In this document: positions 1-9,067 of the stretch, in pieces | How positions within the stretch are numbered: the stretch's first letter is position 1 | How the letters are laid out: every line of letters begins with the position of its first letter | Source of the DNA: an uncultured Planctomycetales bacterium | GTDB taxonomy: Bacteria; Planctomycetota; UBA1135 | Length of the DNA stretch: 64,000 nt | Assembly: GCA_964637165.1 (NCBI GenBank) | Contig: CAZWVI010000002.1 | Location: 119,470-183,469, forward strand | Direction of reading: 5' to 3' | Notes under the pieces: generated by a model | Told to the model about the DNA's origin: nothing | Seen by the model: the letters and a program-made list of their open reading frames with translations, nothing else | Databases searched by the model: none | Translations under genes and position numbers: made by a program

Positions 1-736
1 TTGCTGAGCAGTGCATACTCATTTCGCCCATTTCAGGCAGCAAGTAGTTCATTACTGTGAACATCGATTTTTTGACTACTCCACAGTAATCAGCGCGACC
101 GGCTACCAACACGATGCGGTTTTTGAAATCTAGACAAGCAATGCGTTTTGAAAACGTTCCATCGCGTTCTTCATCACAATGAAAACTTGGAGCGTTAATC
201 ATGGTCCATCGTTTGCCGGCTTCATCTTCAACGCCGTCGATGCCATGCATGAACATGTTGTGGCAAAAGAAGGAGTGGGTGGCGTATTCAGAAACTAAGC
301 GATAAGGCCGTGCGTATGAAGGATCGCTTCCGCAATAAACATCTTTTACATAAAGACGTCCACCCTTTTGGTTGAGGTGATCAATAACGCGAGCTAACAG
401 TGCTTCGAATTTTTCAGGGGCGAACTTTTTAAAGTCCGGCTTCCACCAAACTTTGTCCTCGAACTCTGGCCAAGCGACACCATAAGTATCTTTTACTGGG
501 CGACCAGTACAAGTTGGGTCGGTGTAGTAAACCAACGGCCCGTCAGTGCCAAGTTTAGTCGAGAATGCTTTTTGTTCATCCTCACCACCGCCTTCGCGAA
601 CACGTCCGCGGTCATTGGCAATAGCTTCTTGAAAAAGTTCGTCCTTACTTAGGTTGATGCGTAGCTCTTGACCTTTTAGGCCTAACAGAGCTTCAAGTTC
701 AGCGGCATGATTGCCTGTTGCAGTTTGATCTGACAT
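1..736 (-). CDS. pckA: Phosphoenolpyruvate carboxykinase (ATP), N-terminal part; runs off the left edge
   Basis: Absent from the ORF track because no stop lies in the window. My manual translation from ATG at 736 is open to base 1: MSDQTATGNH...TGRPVKD...YCGVVKKSMFTVMNYLLPEMGEMSMHCSA. This matches the PEPCK-ATP KK..F..MNYLLP and MHCSAN motifs. Confidence 0.92.
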   Translation of the reverse strand, partial: MSDQTATGNHAAELEALLGLKGQELRINLSKDELFQEAIANDRGRVREGGGEDEQKAFSTKLGTDGPLVYYTDPTCTGRPVKDTYGVAWPEFEDKVWWKPDFKKFAPEKFEALLARVIDHLNQKGGRLYVKDVYCGSDPSYARPYRLVSEYATHSFFCHNMFMHGIDGVEDEAGKRWTMINAPSFHCDEERDGTFSKRIACLDFKNRIVLVAGRADYCGVVKKSMFTVMNYLLPEMGEMSMHCSA

Positions 737-820
737 GTTTCCAGCTTTTTACGGGGTTTGGTAGCGGAACGACCGAAGATTGTACCCCACAAATGCTGCT
801 TATGCTGGTCCAATTCTGAA

Positions 821-3800
821 TTACTGTTGCTGCCAAAAAGCTCGGAATTGCTCACTGAATTTGCTGCCAAAGGCGGATTTAACACACTTTTTGGTCCATT
901 CAGCACTCGGCTCAAAGCGACCGACAGTAATCCAGTTCTTAGAATATTCCTTTTGAAGATTCCGGCAAAATTTCTGGAGCCCCTTGGGGTTCTGCTCCAA
1001 ACCATAAACCGCAAACGCAAAGCCCAGGTGCGCCAACTCCTCGCGGAAAACCAGTGCGCGATATTGATATAAATCTTCCAGGCTTGGGCGCGCCATTTTT
1101 ACTTTAGGTGGCTCATTCCCATAGGGCACACCAGTCCAGTCGTAGGCTTCAATTTGATTGCCACTTCCGCTCACGAATTCTGCTGCGCGGCTTCGCCATT
1201 CGGAGTGTGTCCAAGAATAAATAAATCCCGACATATTCCAGTAGCCGTAAACCAGGCTCCGCGCGCTTTCTTCTACAGCACAGGCAAGACCTTCGCTAAA
1301 CCATAAAGGTAATTGCCCATATTTTTGTCGCAACCAAAGATGGCAAATGTTGTGCAATCCCGAAAGTTCTGGAACTGCTTCGGCTTGGCTTCGTGGGTCG
1401 TCAAAGTAAACTGAGAAGGGCAAGTTCGGCAAGGTGAATCCGACGCTTTCTTTGGCCCCAATTAAGTAGCTAGATATTGTTGGAACGGCCTTAGCTGCAA
1501 CATCGCAAAGTTGCTGATAGGTTTCAAGGTCTCGCAATATGAAAACAGTTGGCGGTACCTCGTCCCTGGCTAATTTCAAATTCCCGAGCGCCTTTTCTAG
1601 ATGGCGAATGCCGTTTTCAATAGTCATTCCCGCGCGCTTGGTGGCACTCTTTCCAAGGTCGCTGTAAATTCTAAAACTACCCAAATCATCTTCAACAAAA
1701 CTTAACTTGTTTTGTTGGGCGAAAGTCTCAAAAGCACTAATTGCGGCTCGTTTTCGAGCACGTGGCCCGCCGTCAAGTGAAACGCTTTGCCAAAAGTCAC
1801 CAACTTTAGCCAGACTGCTAAGGCCGAGACTTTGAGAAATTGCAGTTAATTGCAAGTCGCTGGATACTCCCGAATCGAATCCCGGATTGCGACCACGACC
1901 AACTAGACTGGCTAGTGCCTCGGCGAATTTTCCCAAAGTTCCAGCGGGTTGTTTGATTAACCACAAGCCAAAAGCAAAGCGGGCGTAGGCACGGTTTTGT
2001 TCAAAACTTTGTCCGAAGCCACCAATAAGTGAAACTAAATCAGGGAGTTCAACGTTTAGTAAGTCGCTAGTTTTTTCACGCCATTCACTATGGTATTCGT
2101 CGCTTAATTTTTCCCAGCCGCGGTTACTGTATCCATAGATTTCCCCGACAATTGTATCTTGTAAGCCATAGCTAATTGATTCTGGTAGCCAAGCAGGAAA
2201 TGCACCAAAGCGGCGCGCGAATTCTAACTGGACAGCAAAGTGGGCTAGTTGCACATCTGGCCGTTTGATATTTTTGGTCGAACTGTCGTGGCGCACCAAG
2301 GCCAACATTAATCCGTGGTTCAGCATATGCGGACTGTCACTTGCTGCTTCAACCCAATCCCCGTCGCGTTTTCCAAGAGTTCTTTTTAAGGACTCACAAA
2401 CTGCCGTTTGACGTTTTTTTGAACCGGCAAGAACTAAGGTTAGTGGGGGGCGTTCACTATCTAAACCAGGGTCTCCAAATGCAGCGTCGAGTAATAAAAA
2501 CATATCGCTAATAAGTGCTGCAGTTTCTTGAGCCAGTTGGTTGCGGGTGGATGTCCATAAAGTCCAGCGCCCATGTTGGTCCATGATTGAACTCCATTCC
2601 TCGCCTTCAAAGTTATTGTCGAGGCTTAAGTAATCACTAGCAACCGGGCCAATATCTGCCTTGGTGGTCTTAACTTTTATTGGCACGACTGCCGCTAATG
2701 AACTGCTTGAATCTGCTTTGAATAAACAAAAATTACCGGATTCAGCTCCGTTTCCATTTGCTAATGGTGCCGCGACATAAAAATAGCTCGAAGTGATGCC
2801 TGCGACCGCCAGTACTTGAGTGGCAAATTTCCCACCTTCATAACTTCCATTTATGTCATCTTCGATTTCACACGACGGTAATGGATACAGTCGGCACCGT
2901 CCAGTTTCATTTGCGTTTGGCTCTCCGATCAAGAGTCCATGACCACTAGCAGCAAGTGAAGTTCCAAAAGCACCATCGGTTATTTCACCATCTATCGCTT
3001 TTAGTTCACGTCCGTCACGTCCGGAAAAAATTGTTACTTGACCACTGCCATTAATTGCTTGAGGTGCGCCGATAGCATAGTCAAAAACATTATCACGATT
3101 GAAGTCCGGAACGACCGAGATGCAAGTTCCAAAATCGCTTTGCTTAGGACCTTGATGTCGGCGAATTACTTCACCGCTGGCGCTTGAATAAATAATCGTT
3201 TGATTGGTGCTTGGATTGCTTGCGGCAAAGTCGCGCACTCCATCTTCATCGAGGTCCCCGAGTAGAAAAAGTTTTTCACCAAGGCGTTGTTCGGTGGAGT
3301 CGCCTAAGATTTCAAAAAGAAGTTGGCGATTGCGTCCTGAATATGCGCGAATTGTTCCGCATCGTTCACCTCCGCGGCCACTAAATCCTGGCGCGCCGAA
3401 TAAATAATCGATGCTGCCGTCACCATTTAAATCGCCAGGAACTACGATTGCGGCACCTTGTTCTTCGCCTTGTTCAAAGCCGTTGAATTGCCCAATCATC
3501 ACCCCGTTTTTGCCGCTAATCAAAACGACACTTCCGGTCTTCTGTTTATAGCCAGGGCCACCAACTAATATGTCGGGGAAGCCGTCACGATTGACATCTC
3601 CGGCTGAAGCAACCGACCAACCCATTTGCGCCGCACTTAACTTGCTGACAAAGTTGGTGAGTTTGTGTCCTTTGTCGCTTCCGTAAATGAATGCGGCGCC
3701 GGAATTTAGACCGGCCCCATTGGTTCCAGGCGCACCAACAATTAACTCTGGAATCCCATCTCCGTCCATGTCGCTAACCTCGGCAATTGCATGGCCAAAG

Positions 3801-3892
3801 CGAGCACCAGGGGCCGGCCCTGAAACGGAGTGAATGGCATCGCTGGACTGCGTGGCGAGCAACGCAACAAATAGGGGGGCAAATGGAACCAT
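821..3892 (-). CDS. Secreted FG-GAP (integrin-like) beta-propeller protein with two C-terminal peptidase-like (gluzincin/DUF1570-like) domains
   Basis: Signal-peptide-like N-terminus. Repeated FG-GAP/Ca-binding motifs (DMDGDGIPELIVGAP, DVNRDGFPDILVGGP, DLNGDGSIDYLFGAP, DFNRDNVFDYAIGAP). The C-terminal half has two similar segments (PAWLPESIS and PLWFSEGLA). Confidence 0.8.
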   Translation of the reverse strand: MVPFAPLFVALLATQSSDAIHSVSGPAPGARFGHAIAEVSDMDGDGIPELIVGAPGTNGAGLNSGAAFIYGSDKGHKLTNFVSKLSAAQMGWSVASAGDVNRDGFPDILVGGPGYKQKTGSVVLISGKNGVMIGQFNGFEQGEEQGAAIVVPGDLNGDGSIDYLFGAPGFSGRGGERCGTIRAYSGRNRQLLFEILGDSTEQRLGEKLFLLGDLDEDGVRDFAASNPSTNQTIIYSSASGEVIRRHQGPKQSDFGTCISVVPDFNRDNVFDYAIGAPQAINGSGQVTIFSGRDGRELKAIDGEITDGAFGTSLAASGHGLLIGEPNANETGRCRLYPLPSCEIEDDINGSYEGGKFATQVLAVAGITSSYFYVAAPLANGNGAESGNFCLFKADSSSSLAAVVPIKVKTTKADIGPVASDYLSLDNNFEGEEWSSIMDQHGRWTLWTSTRNQLAQETAALISDMFLLLDAAFGDPGLDSERPPLTLVLAGSKKRQTAVCESLKRTLGKRDGDWVEAASDSPHMLNHGLMLALVRHDSSTKNIKRPDVQLAHFAVQLEFARRFGAFPAWLPESISYGLQDTIVGEIYGYSNRGWEKLSDEYHSEWREKTSDLLNVELPDLVSLIGGFGQSFEQNRAYARFAFGLWLIKQPAGTLGKFAEALASLVGRGRNPGFDSGVSSDLQLTAISQSLGLSSLAKVGDFWQSVSLDGGPRARKRAAISAFETFAQQNKLSFVEDDLGSFRIYSDLGKSATKRAGMTIENGIRHLEKALGNLKLARDEVPPTVFILRDLETYQQLCDVAAKAVPTISSYLIGAKESVGFTLPNLPFSVYFDDPRSQAEAVPELSGLHNICHLWLRQKYGQLPLWFSEGLACAVEESARSLVYGYWNMSGFIYSWTHSEWRSRAAEFVSGSGNQIEAYDWTGVPYGNEPPKVKMARPSLEDLYQYRALVFREELAHLGFAFAVYGLEQNPKGLQKFCRNLQKEYSKNWITVGRFEPSAEWTKKCVKSAFGSKFSEQFRAFWQQQ

Positions 3893-3961
3893 GAACGCTT
3901 GATATTAGAGTTTAGTTATTTAAGCGTAACCAGCAATTATTGATTACAATCATTAGATGAT

Positions 3962-5077
3962 TTGTACAACCCTGATATTGCTGGGTTTTTGTCAGACGCC
4001 AATCGCGCCGAAACAATTGGAGCGGCCAACTCCTTTAGGCTTGAATTTTTGGTTGCTTCCAACAACGGTAAAGGCGGTGGCGTCTGCAAAATAAGTCTCG
4101 GCGGCAATTTACAGCAACTTTTTTTAGGTTCAGCTGGCGAATTGGTACGTAACGGCGCACCGATGGAAAGTAGTTCCAATTTTGAGATTGCCAGTATTAG
4201 TAAAATATTTACAGCTACCACTTGCTTGTTAATGTGTGAAGATGGTTTGTTGGATTTAGACCAAAGTATTGTCCAGTATGTGCCAAGTAGTTTGGTAAAT
4301 GGACTGCTAGTAATAAACGGCCATGACTACGGTCCAGAATTAACTTTGCGACAACTCTTGTCGCACACATCTGGGTTGCCAGATTACTGGTCCGACCCTC
4401 CCTTCGTCATTCCCGGAATGAACGCCTTTCTTTGGGATTACTTAAAGAAAACAAATCGGCTGTGGAAGCATCATGAAGTTTTCGCTTACGTGGATGACCT
4501 GAATCCACGCTTTGTGCCCGGCACTTCATGGCAATATTCGGATAGCAATTATGTTTTAGCTGGAATGATAATTGAGAACGTCACCGGAAAAACTCTCGAA
4601 GAAGTTTTTCAACAGAGAATTTATCAAGCCCTGGGAATCGAGGATACCTGGATGCGTTGGTTTGATCAGCCGCCGAGCACGCCGCCTAGTCAATCACATC
4701 GCTATGAGGGATCGAGCGATTTATATTCAATGAAACGTAATAGTGCAGATTGGGCTGGCGGCGGATTGGTTAGCAGTTGCCAGGACTTAGAGATGATTAT
4801 TGATGCCCTAGCGCGTGGCAAACTTTTTGAAAAACCAAGTACCATCGCCGCGATGAAAACTTGGGTTCTAACTGGCGAGGTCGGCGTTGAATATGGCCTC
4901 GGATTATTCCGTGTTGACCTTGGCAATCAACTGGGCTGGGTATGGGGGCACGAAGGTTACGGCAGTTCGTGGGCTTTTTATTACCCGACCAAGGATGCGA
5001 TTTTTACCGGCACCTTAAACCAAACGAATAGTGACTTTTGGCCACTATTAAAAGCGGTTGCCGCAGAGCTTAACTAG
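3962..5077 (+). CDS. Serine hydrolase, beta-lactamase class C/D-Ala-D-Ala carboxypeptidase family
   Basis: SxxK (ASISK), LLSHTSGL, YSDSNY and HEG motifs. The start is uncertain (see findings). Confidence 0.85.
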   Translation: MYNPDIAGFLSDANRAETIGAANSFRLEFLVASNNGKGGGVCKISLGGNLQQLFLGSAGELVRNGAPMESSSNFEIASISKIFTATTCLLMCEDGLLDLDQSIVQYVPSSLVNGLLVINGHDYGPELTLRQLLSHTSGLPDYWSDPPFVIPGMNAFLWDYLKKTNRLWKHHEVFAYVDDLNPRFVPGTSWQYSDSNYVLAGMIIENVTGKTLEEVFQQRIYQALGIEDTWMRWFDQPPSTPPSQSHRYEGSSDLYSMKRNSADWAGGGLVSSCQDLEMIIDALARGKLFEKPSTIAAMKTWVLTGEVGVEYGLGLFRVDLGNQLGWVWGHEGYGSSWAFYYPTKDAIFTGTLNQTNSDFWPLLKAVAAELN

Positions 5078-5903
5078 CTTGTTGTGATTGCGAATAGCGA
5101 ATGAGTTGCCCAATTCGGCTATTCAAATCTTCGCGTGAAACAATCATGTCAATTTGACCTTTTTCTAGGAGAAATTCCGCGCGTTGGAATCCTCCTGGAA
5201 GGTCTTGGCGAATCGTATTTTGAATTACTCGTGGTCCGGCAAAACCGATTAAGGCGCCTGGTTCACCAATCAAAATATCACACACGCTAGCAAAGCTGGC
5301 GGTAACTCCGCCGGTGGTGGGGTTGGTCATTACTGAAATACTAAAACCACCATTTTCTCCAAAGCGATGAAGTGCCGCGCAAGTTTTTGCCATTTGCATT
5401 AAGGAGATTGCACCTTCGTGCATGCGCGCTCCACCACTTGCTGAAAAAATAATTACAGGACAGCTATGTTCTTGTGCAAGCTCTACCGCGCGTGCAACTT
5501 TTTCGCCAACGATTTCACCCATTGAGCCACCCATGAAAGAAAAATCCAAAACCGCTAAAGATACTTGGTAGCCATCAATGTTGGCTAGGCCAGCGAGGCA
5601 TGCATCAGCGTTGCCAGTTTTAGCTTGGGCCTTTTCAATTTTTTCAGCATAGGGGATTTTATCGACAAAGCCGAGGCGATCTTCGGGGCGCAAATCGGTG
5701 AAGTGTTCAATAAAACTTCCTGGATCAACGGTCATCTCGATGCGCTGACGCGCACCGACAGTGTGGTGAAAATTACAATTCGGACAAACCAAATTGTTAG
5801 CCACCAACTCTTTGTTGTAGATGGTAGATCCACACTCAGAGCACTTGCTCCAAATGCCGGTGGGCATGTCTTTTTTCTTTTTACGTCCGAGTCGCCAAGC
5901 CAT
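5070..5903 (-). CDS. accD: Acetyl-CoA carboxylase carboxyltransferase beta subunit
   Basis: Zn ribbon CSEC...CPNC, DFSFMGGSMG, SGGARMHEG, PTTGGV.AS, GFAGPRVI. Confidence 0.97.
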   Translation of the reverse strand: MAWRLGRKKKKDMPTGIWSKCSECGSTIYNKELVANNLVCPNCNFHHTVGARQRIEMTVDPGSFIEHFTDLRPEDRLGFVDKIPYAEKIEKAQAKTGNADACLAGLANIDGYQVSLAVLDFSFMGGSMGEIVGEKVARAVELAQEHSCPVIIFSASGGARMHEGAISLMQMAKTCAALHRFGENGGFSISVMTNPTTGGVTASFASVCDILIGEPGALIGFAGPRVIQNTIRQDLPGGFQRAEFLLEKGQIDMIVSREDLNSRIGQLIRYSQSQQAS

Positions 5904-5920
5904 GCCGCTATTTTACCTGA

Positions 5921-8900
5921 TTAACTGAGTTGTAACTCGGCTAGGCTAGATAAAACCAGCTCCCAATTGACACAATCTTCTTGTATTCCATAACTTATGG
6001 TCACTGCTCGGACATAGGATTCCATTTGCAAACGATGGTGTTCTTCTTGCTTTGCGCAGTCTTCAAGGCACGACAATTGGTCAGTTTTGAAGTCGTAAAT
6101 CATGGCTTTAATGACTTGTCCACCGGCATCACGCTCGATCACAAGGCGGTCAATAAATCCATTCAAAAGCACTTGTTCACCATCGATCGTGTCAATAATC
6201 CTAAATGAATATTCTTGAAGCACTTCAAAGTCGTTGCCGCCATGTTCAACTGGACGGCTTAACTGTTGCCTAATTGAATTAACTGAAAGTGCGTTAGTGA
6301 ACACCTCAATCGCGCGATCAATTTGCTCCTCGCTGCCACCAAGTTTTTTAAGTAATTGGCGTTGCTTCGCATCGTCGGCAACAAAATCGTTCAGCCACTC
6401 AACTTGTTCAAACAGAGCGTGAACCAAAATACCATGCACTCGGGCAGCTGCGCCACTTCGGTCAAAGAGCTTGGCGATGGTGACTTTTTTATCGGCGATT
6501 GTTGAAGGAGCTTGGCGGGGCAGATGTCGTCGCTGTTCTGTTTCCTTGAGTTTAAGAGCAAGCGGTTTCCTTGGCTTTGCTTCGGGCAAGGCCTCGATGC
6601 CTTTATCCCAAGGTGTCGCCGTTTCCTCCTTCCAAATAATCTCGTCCTGCGAGGTCAGTTCACTTTCCTGAAATGCGCAGCGAAGAAGTCCCCCAATGTT
6701 TTTATTTATCTTGGCAGTATTTGGTTTTTCTGGATCAACCAGGTTGGGGACAATCATTTCCAGCACGCGTTTGGCGCGAGTCATCGCTACATAAAGGGTG
6801 CACATTTGTTCATGTACTAAATTTTCCTGATGCGCCCAATAGACTTTTTCAAGGTCAGGGTGAATCTGTAGCAAGCCTTTAGAGAGAGCCATGGTTACAG
6901 TTGCAAAGCCATCTTGCTCATCTGGTCTGTAAGCAAGCAGACGTGCGTGTTTGCCGCCAGGGATACTACCACTTAATTCTGGAAGGATTACCACATCAAA
7001 TTCTAATCCTTTCGACTTATGAATAGTCATAACTTTGATTGTGGCAGCGGTCGGCACTTCTACCTTCTTTTCGCGAACGAGCTTAATGAAGGCCGAGGTT
7101 CTTAAGCTAGACCGCAAATCAAAGGCGTGACCCAAATCAACCAACTGCTTGAGACGGCTAACATCCCACTGGCTTAAGTTGTCAAAGTCACCCTGCTGGT
7201 TGATGCGGTCGAGAAACGGACCAAAGCCATGCAGTTGCAATTCTTCTCGAACCGAATGAGATATTTTCTGACAAATGTTTTTGCTCGGCACCCCACCATT
7301 CAATTTATATTCAGTTGCCAAGAAACTAGTAGCGACATGGAAACCAGCGGCGGTATCGCCAGGGTGATCAGCTAGGTGCAAAAGAGATAAGACTGCAAGA
7401 ACTGCTTGCGAATCAGTTAGTTGATTGCCACCCTCTGCACTAGCAGGAAGATTTCGGTCTTGTAGTAATTTTACGATGCGAGAAATATCTTTGTTGCCTC
7501 TAGTCAAGATGCCGATTGATGCACCATTGTTTTCAAGGTGATATTTTTCAGCCAACTCAACAGCCCTTTGCAATGCGTAGCGACGTTTGCCAGCGGCGTT
7601 CTTGGCATATTTGACTTGCCGCAATCGAACTTTCCCTGGAAGTTCCTTTTTCGCGGCACTATGAACTGGCCATTCTTTTACCCAGGATTCGGCCGCTTCA
7701 AGGCCCTTTTCGTGATTGTAAAAGGCGTCATTGCCTTCTAACTTAGAGAAAAGTTTATTGACCGCCTCCATCACTACTTGGGATGAACGATAGGACTTGA
7801 ACAAGGGGTCTTGCTTGAGCTTAAACCGCTCAGCAAAGCCTTCCAACAAACGTGGTTCACCATTGCGCCATCTGTAAATGGCCTGTTTGCCATCGCCGAC
7901 ACAGAAAATATCTTGGCCAGTGCTTAACCCTTTGACCACCCTTTCAATTAGTGGCTTTAAGACACGCCATTGAATAACGCTGGTGTCCTGGAATTCATCC
8001 AAGAGCAAATGGTCCACCTTTCTACTTAATCTAAATGAACTGCTATTAGTGTCACCAAGAACATTATTGCCAGACAGGGCCAGCGGGAAATCTTCAAACA
8101 CATACTGGCCACGTTTGTTTTTAATTTCTCGATAATTAGCATCGAATTTTTCAAGCAGTTCCCTCATCGCCTTGTTGCGAGAGGCTAAAGCCGTTGAAAG
8201 ATGAACCTTTGCTTGCTGGTTTAGTCGTTGAAGAAATTCAACCCATTCACCAGGAAGAGTCATTTTCCTGTAAGTTGGAATGCCGTTTCTTACATTGGCG
8301 ATTGCGGTGTATTTAAAAAGTCCAGCCCAATCGCGATGCTTAATAAAATCACCTAAATCCGCTCGCAACTTTTTATCTGCCACGGCTAGTTGCCCGGCCT
8401 GGGTTAGTAAAGTTGAAAGGGACTCTAGTTCATCTACAAGACATGAGCTTTCGGTACTAGCAGGTGATGATTCCGGCTTAATTTGTTCCCAAGCAGTTGG
8501 CGAGCTGTCGCGGAGAGCATCGAGACCGGTCTTAATTAATTCAAGAGTTGTGTCATGGACGGATCGCTTGTTCTCACCTTCGTTAATATTTAATACTAGT
8601 CGGTTTAAATTCGAAATGCTCTCAGTTTTGAAAAGTTCAACAATAGCATCGATTCTTAGTTGTTGGTCAGCGTCATCTTCAATGATTGTCCAGTTGGCAT
8701 TCATGCCCAGCTCAAGTGCAAAAACTTTTGCTGATTCCACAAAGAAAGAATCGATAGTGCGCACATTGAAGGCATCTAACTCCCTAGTCAATTTAGCTAA
8801 GAGGTCATGACAAAGATCAGGAGTTATCTTGTCTCCAAGTCCCGTGGCATCTCTTAGTTCCTTAAGTTTTTCTTCATCAACTGGTGCTTCTGCCACCCAA

Positions 8901-9067
8901 GATAAAACGCGGTCCAAAATTTCTCCAGCCGCCTTGCGGGTGAAGGTAGTGGCCAAAATGTCGCTGGCGGAAATCTCATTAAAGAGCAGTTTTAGGAAAC
9001 GCCCGGCTAATTTGTAGGTTTTTCCAGTTCCCGCTGAAGCCAAATAAACTTGAGTGTCATTAGTCAT
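5921..9067 (-). CDS. addA: AddA-type UvrD helicase with C-terminal PD-(D/E)XK nuclease
   Basis: Walker A ASAGTGKT, TFTRKAAGE, LLDEFQDT, VGDGKQAIYRWR, MTIHKSKGLEF, LYVAMTRAK, then nuclease GFIDRL..DFKTD. ATG overlaps the addB stop (TAATG). Confidence 0.88.
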   Translation of the reverse strand: MTNDTQVYLASAGTGKTYKLAGRFLKLLFNEISASDILATTFTRKAAGEILDRVLSWVAEAPVDEEKLKELRDATGLGDKITPDLCHDLLAKLTRELDAFNVRTIDSFFVESAKVFALELGMNANWTIIEDDADQQLRIDAIVELFKTESISNLNRLVLNINEGENKRSVHDTTLELIKTGLDALRDSSPTAWEQIKPESSPASTESSCLVDELESLSTLLTQAGQLAVADKKLRADLGDFIKHRDWAGLFKYTAIANVRNGIPTYRKMTLPGEWVEFLQRLNQQAKVHLSTALASRNKAMRELLEKFDANYREIKNKRGQYVFEDFPLALSGNNVLGDTNSSSFRLSRKVDHLLLDEFQDTSVIQWRVLKPLIERVVKGLSTGQDIFCVGDGKQAIYRWRNGEPRLLEGFAERFKLKQDPLFKSYRSSQVVMEAVNKLFSKLEGNDAFYNHEKGLEAAESWVKEWPVHSAAKKELPGKVRLRQVKYAKNAAGKRRYALQRAVELAEKYHLENNGASIGILTRGNKDISRIVKLLQDRNLPASAEGGNQLTDSQAVLAVLSLLHLADHPGDTAAGFHVATSFLATEYKLNGGVPSKNICQKISHSVREELQLHGFGPFLDRINQQGDFDNLSQWDVSRLKQLVDLGHAFDLRSSLRTSAFIKLVREKKVEVPTAATIKVMTIHKSKGLEFDVVILPELSGSIPGGKHARLLAYRPDEQDGFATVTMALSKGLLQIHPDLEKVYWAHQENLVHEQMCTLYVAMTRAKRVLEMIVPNLVDPEKPNTAKINKNIGGLLRCAFQESELTSQDEIIWKEETATPWDKGIEALPEAKPRKPLALKLKETEQRRHLPRQAPSTIADKKVTIAKLFDRSGAAARVHGILVHALFEQVEWLNDFVADDAKQRQLLKKLGGSEEQIDRAIEVFTNALSVNSIRQQLSRPVEHGGNDFEVLQEYSFRIIDTIDGEQVLLNGFIDRLVIERDAGGQVIKAMIYDFKTDQLSCLEDCAKQEEHHRLQMESYVRAVTISYGIQEDCVNWELVLSSLAELQLS

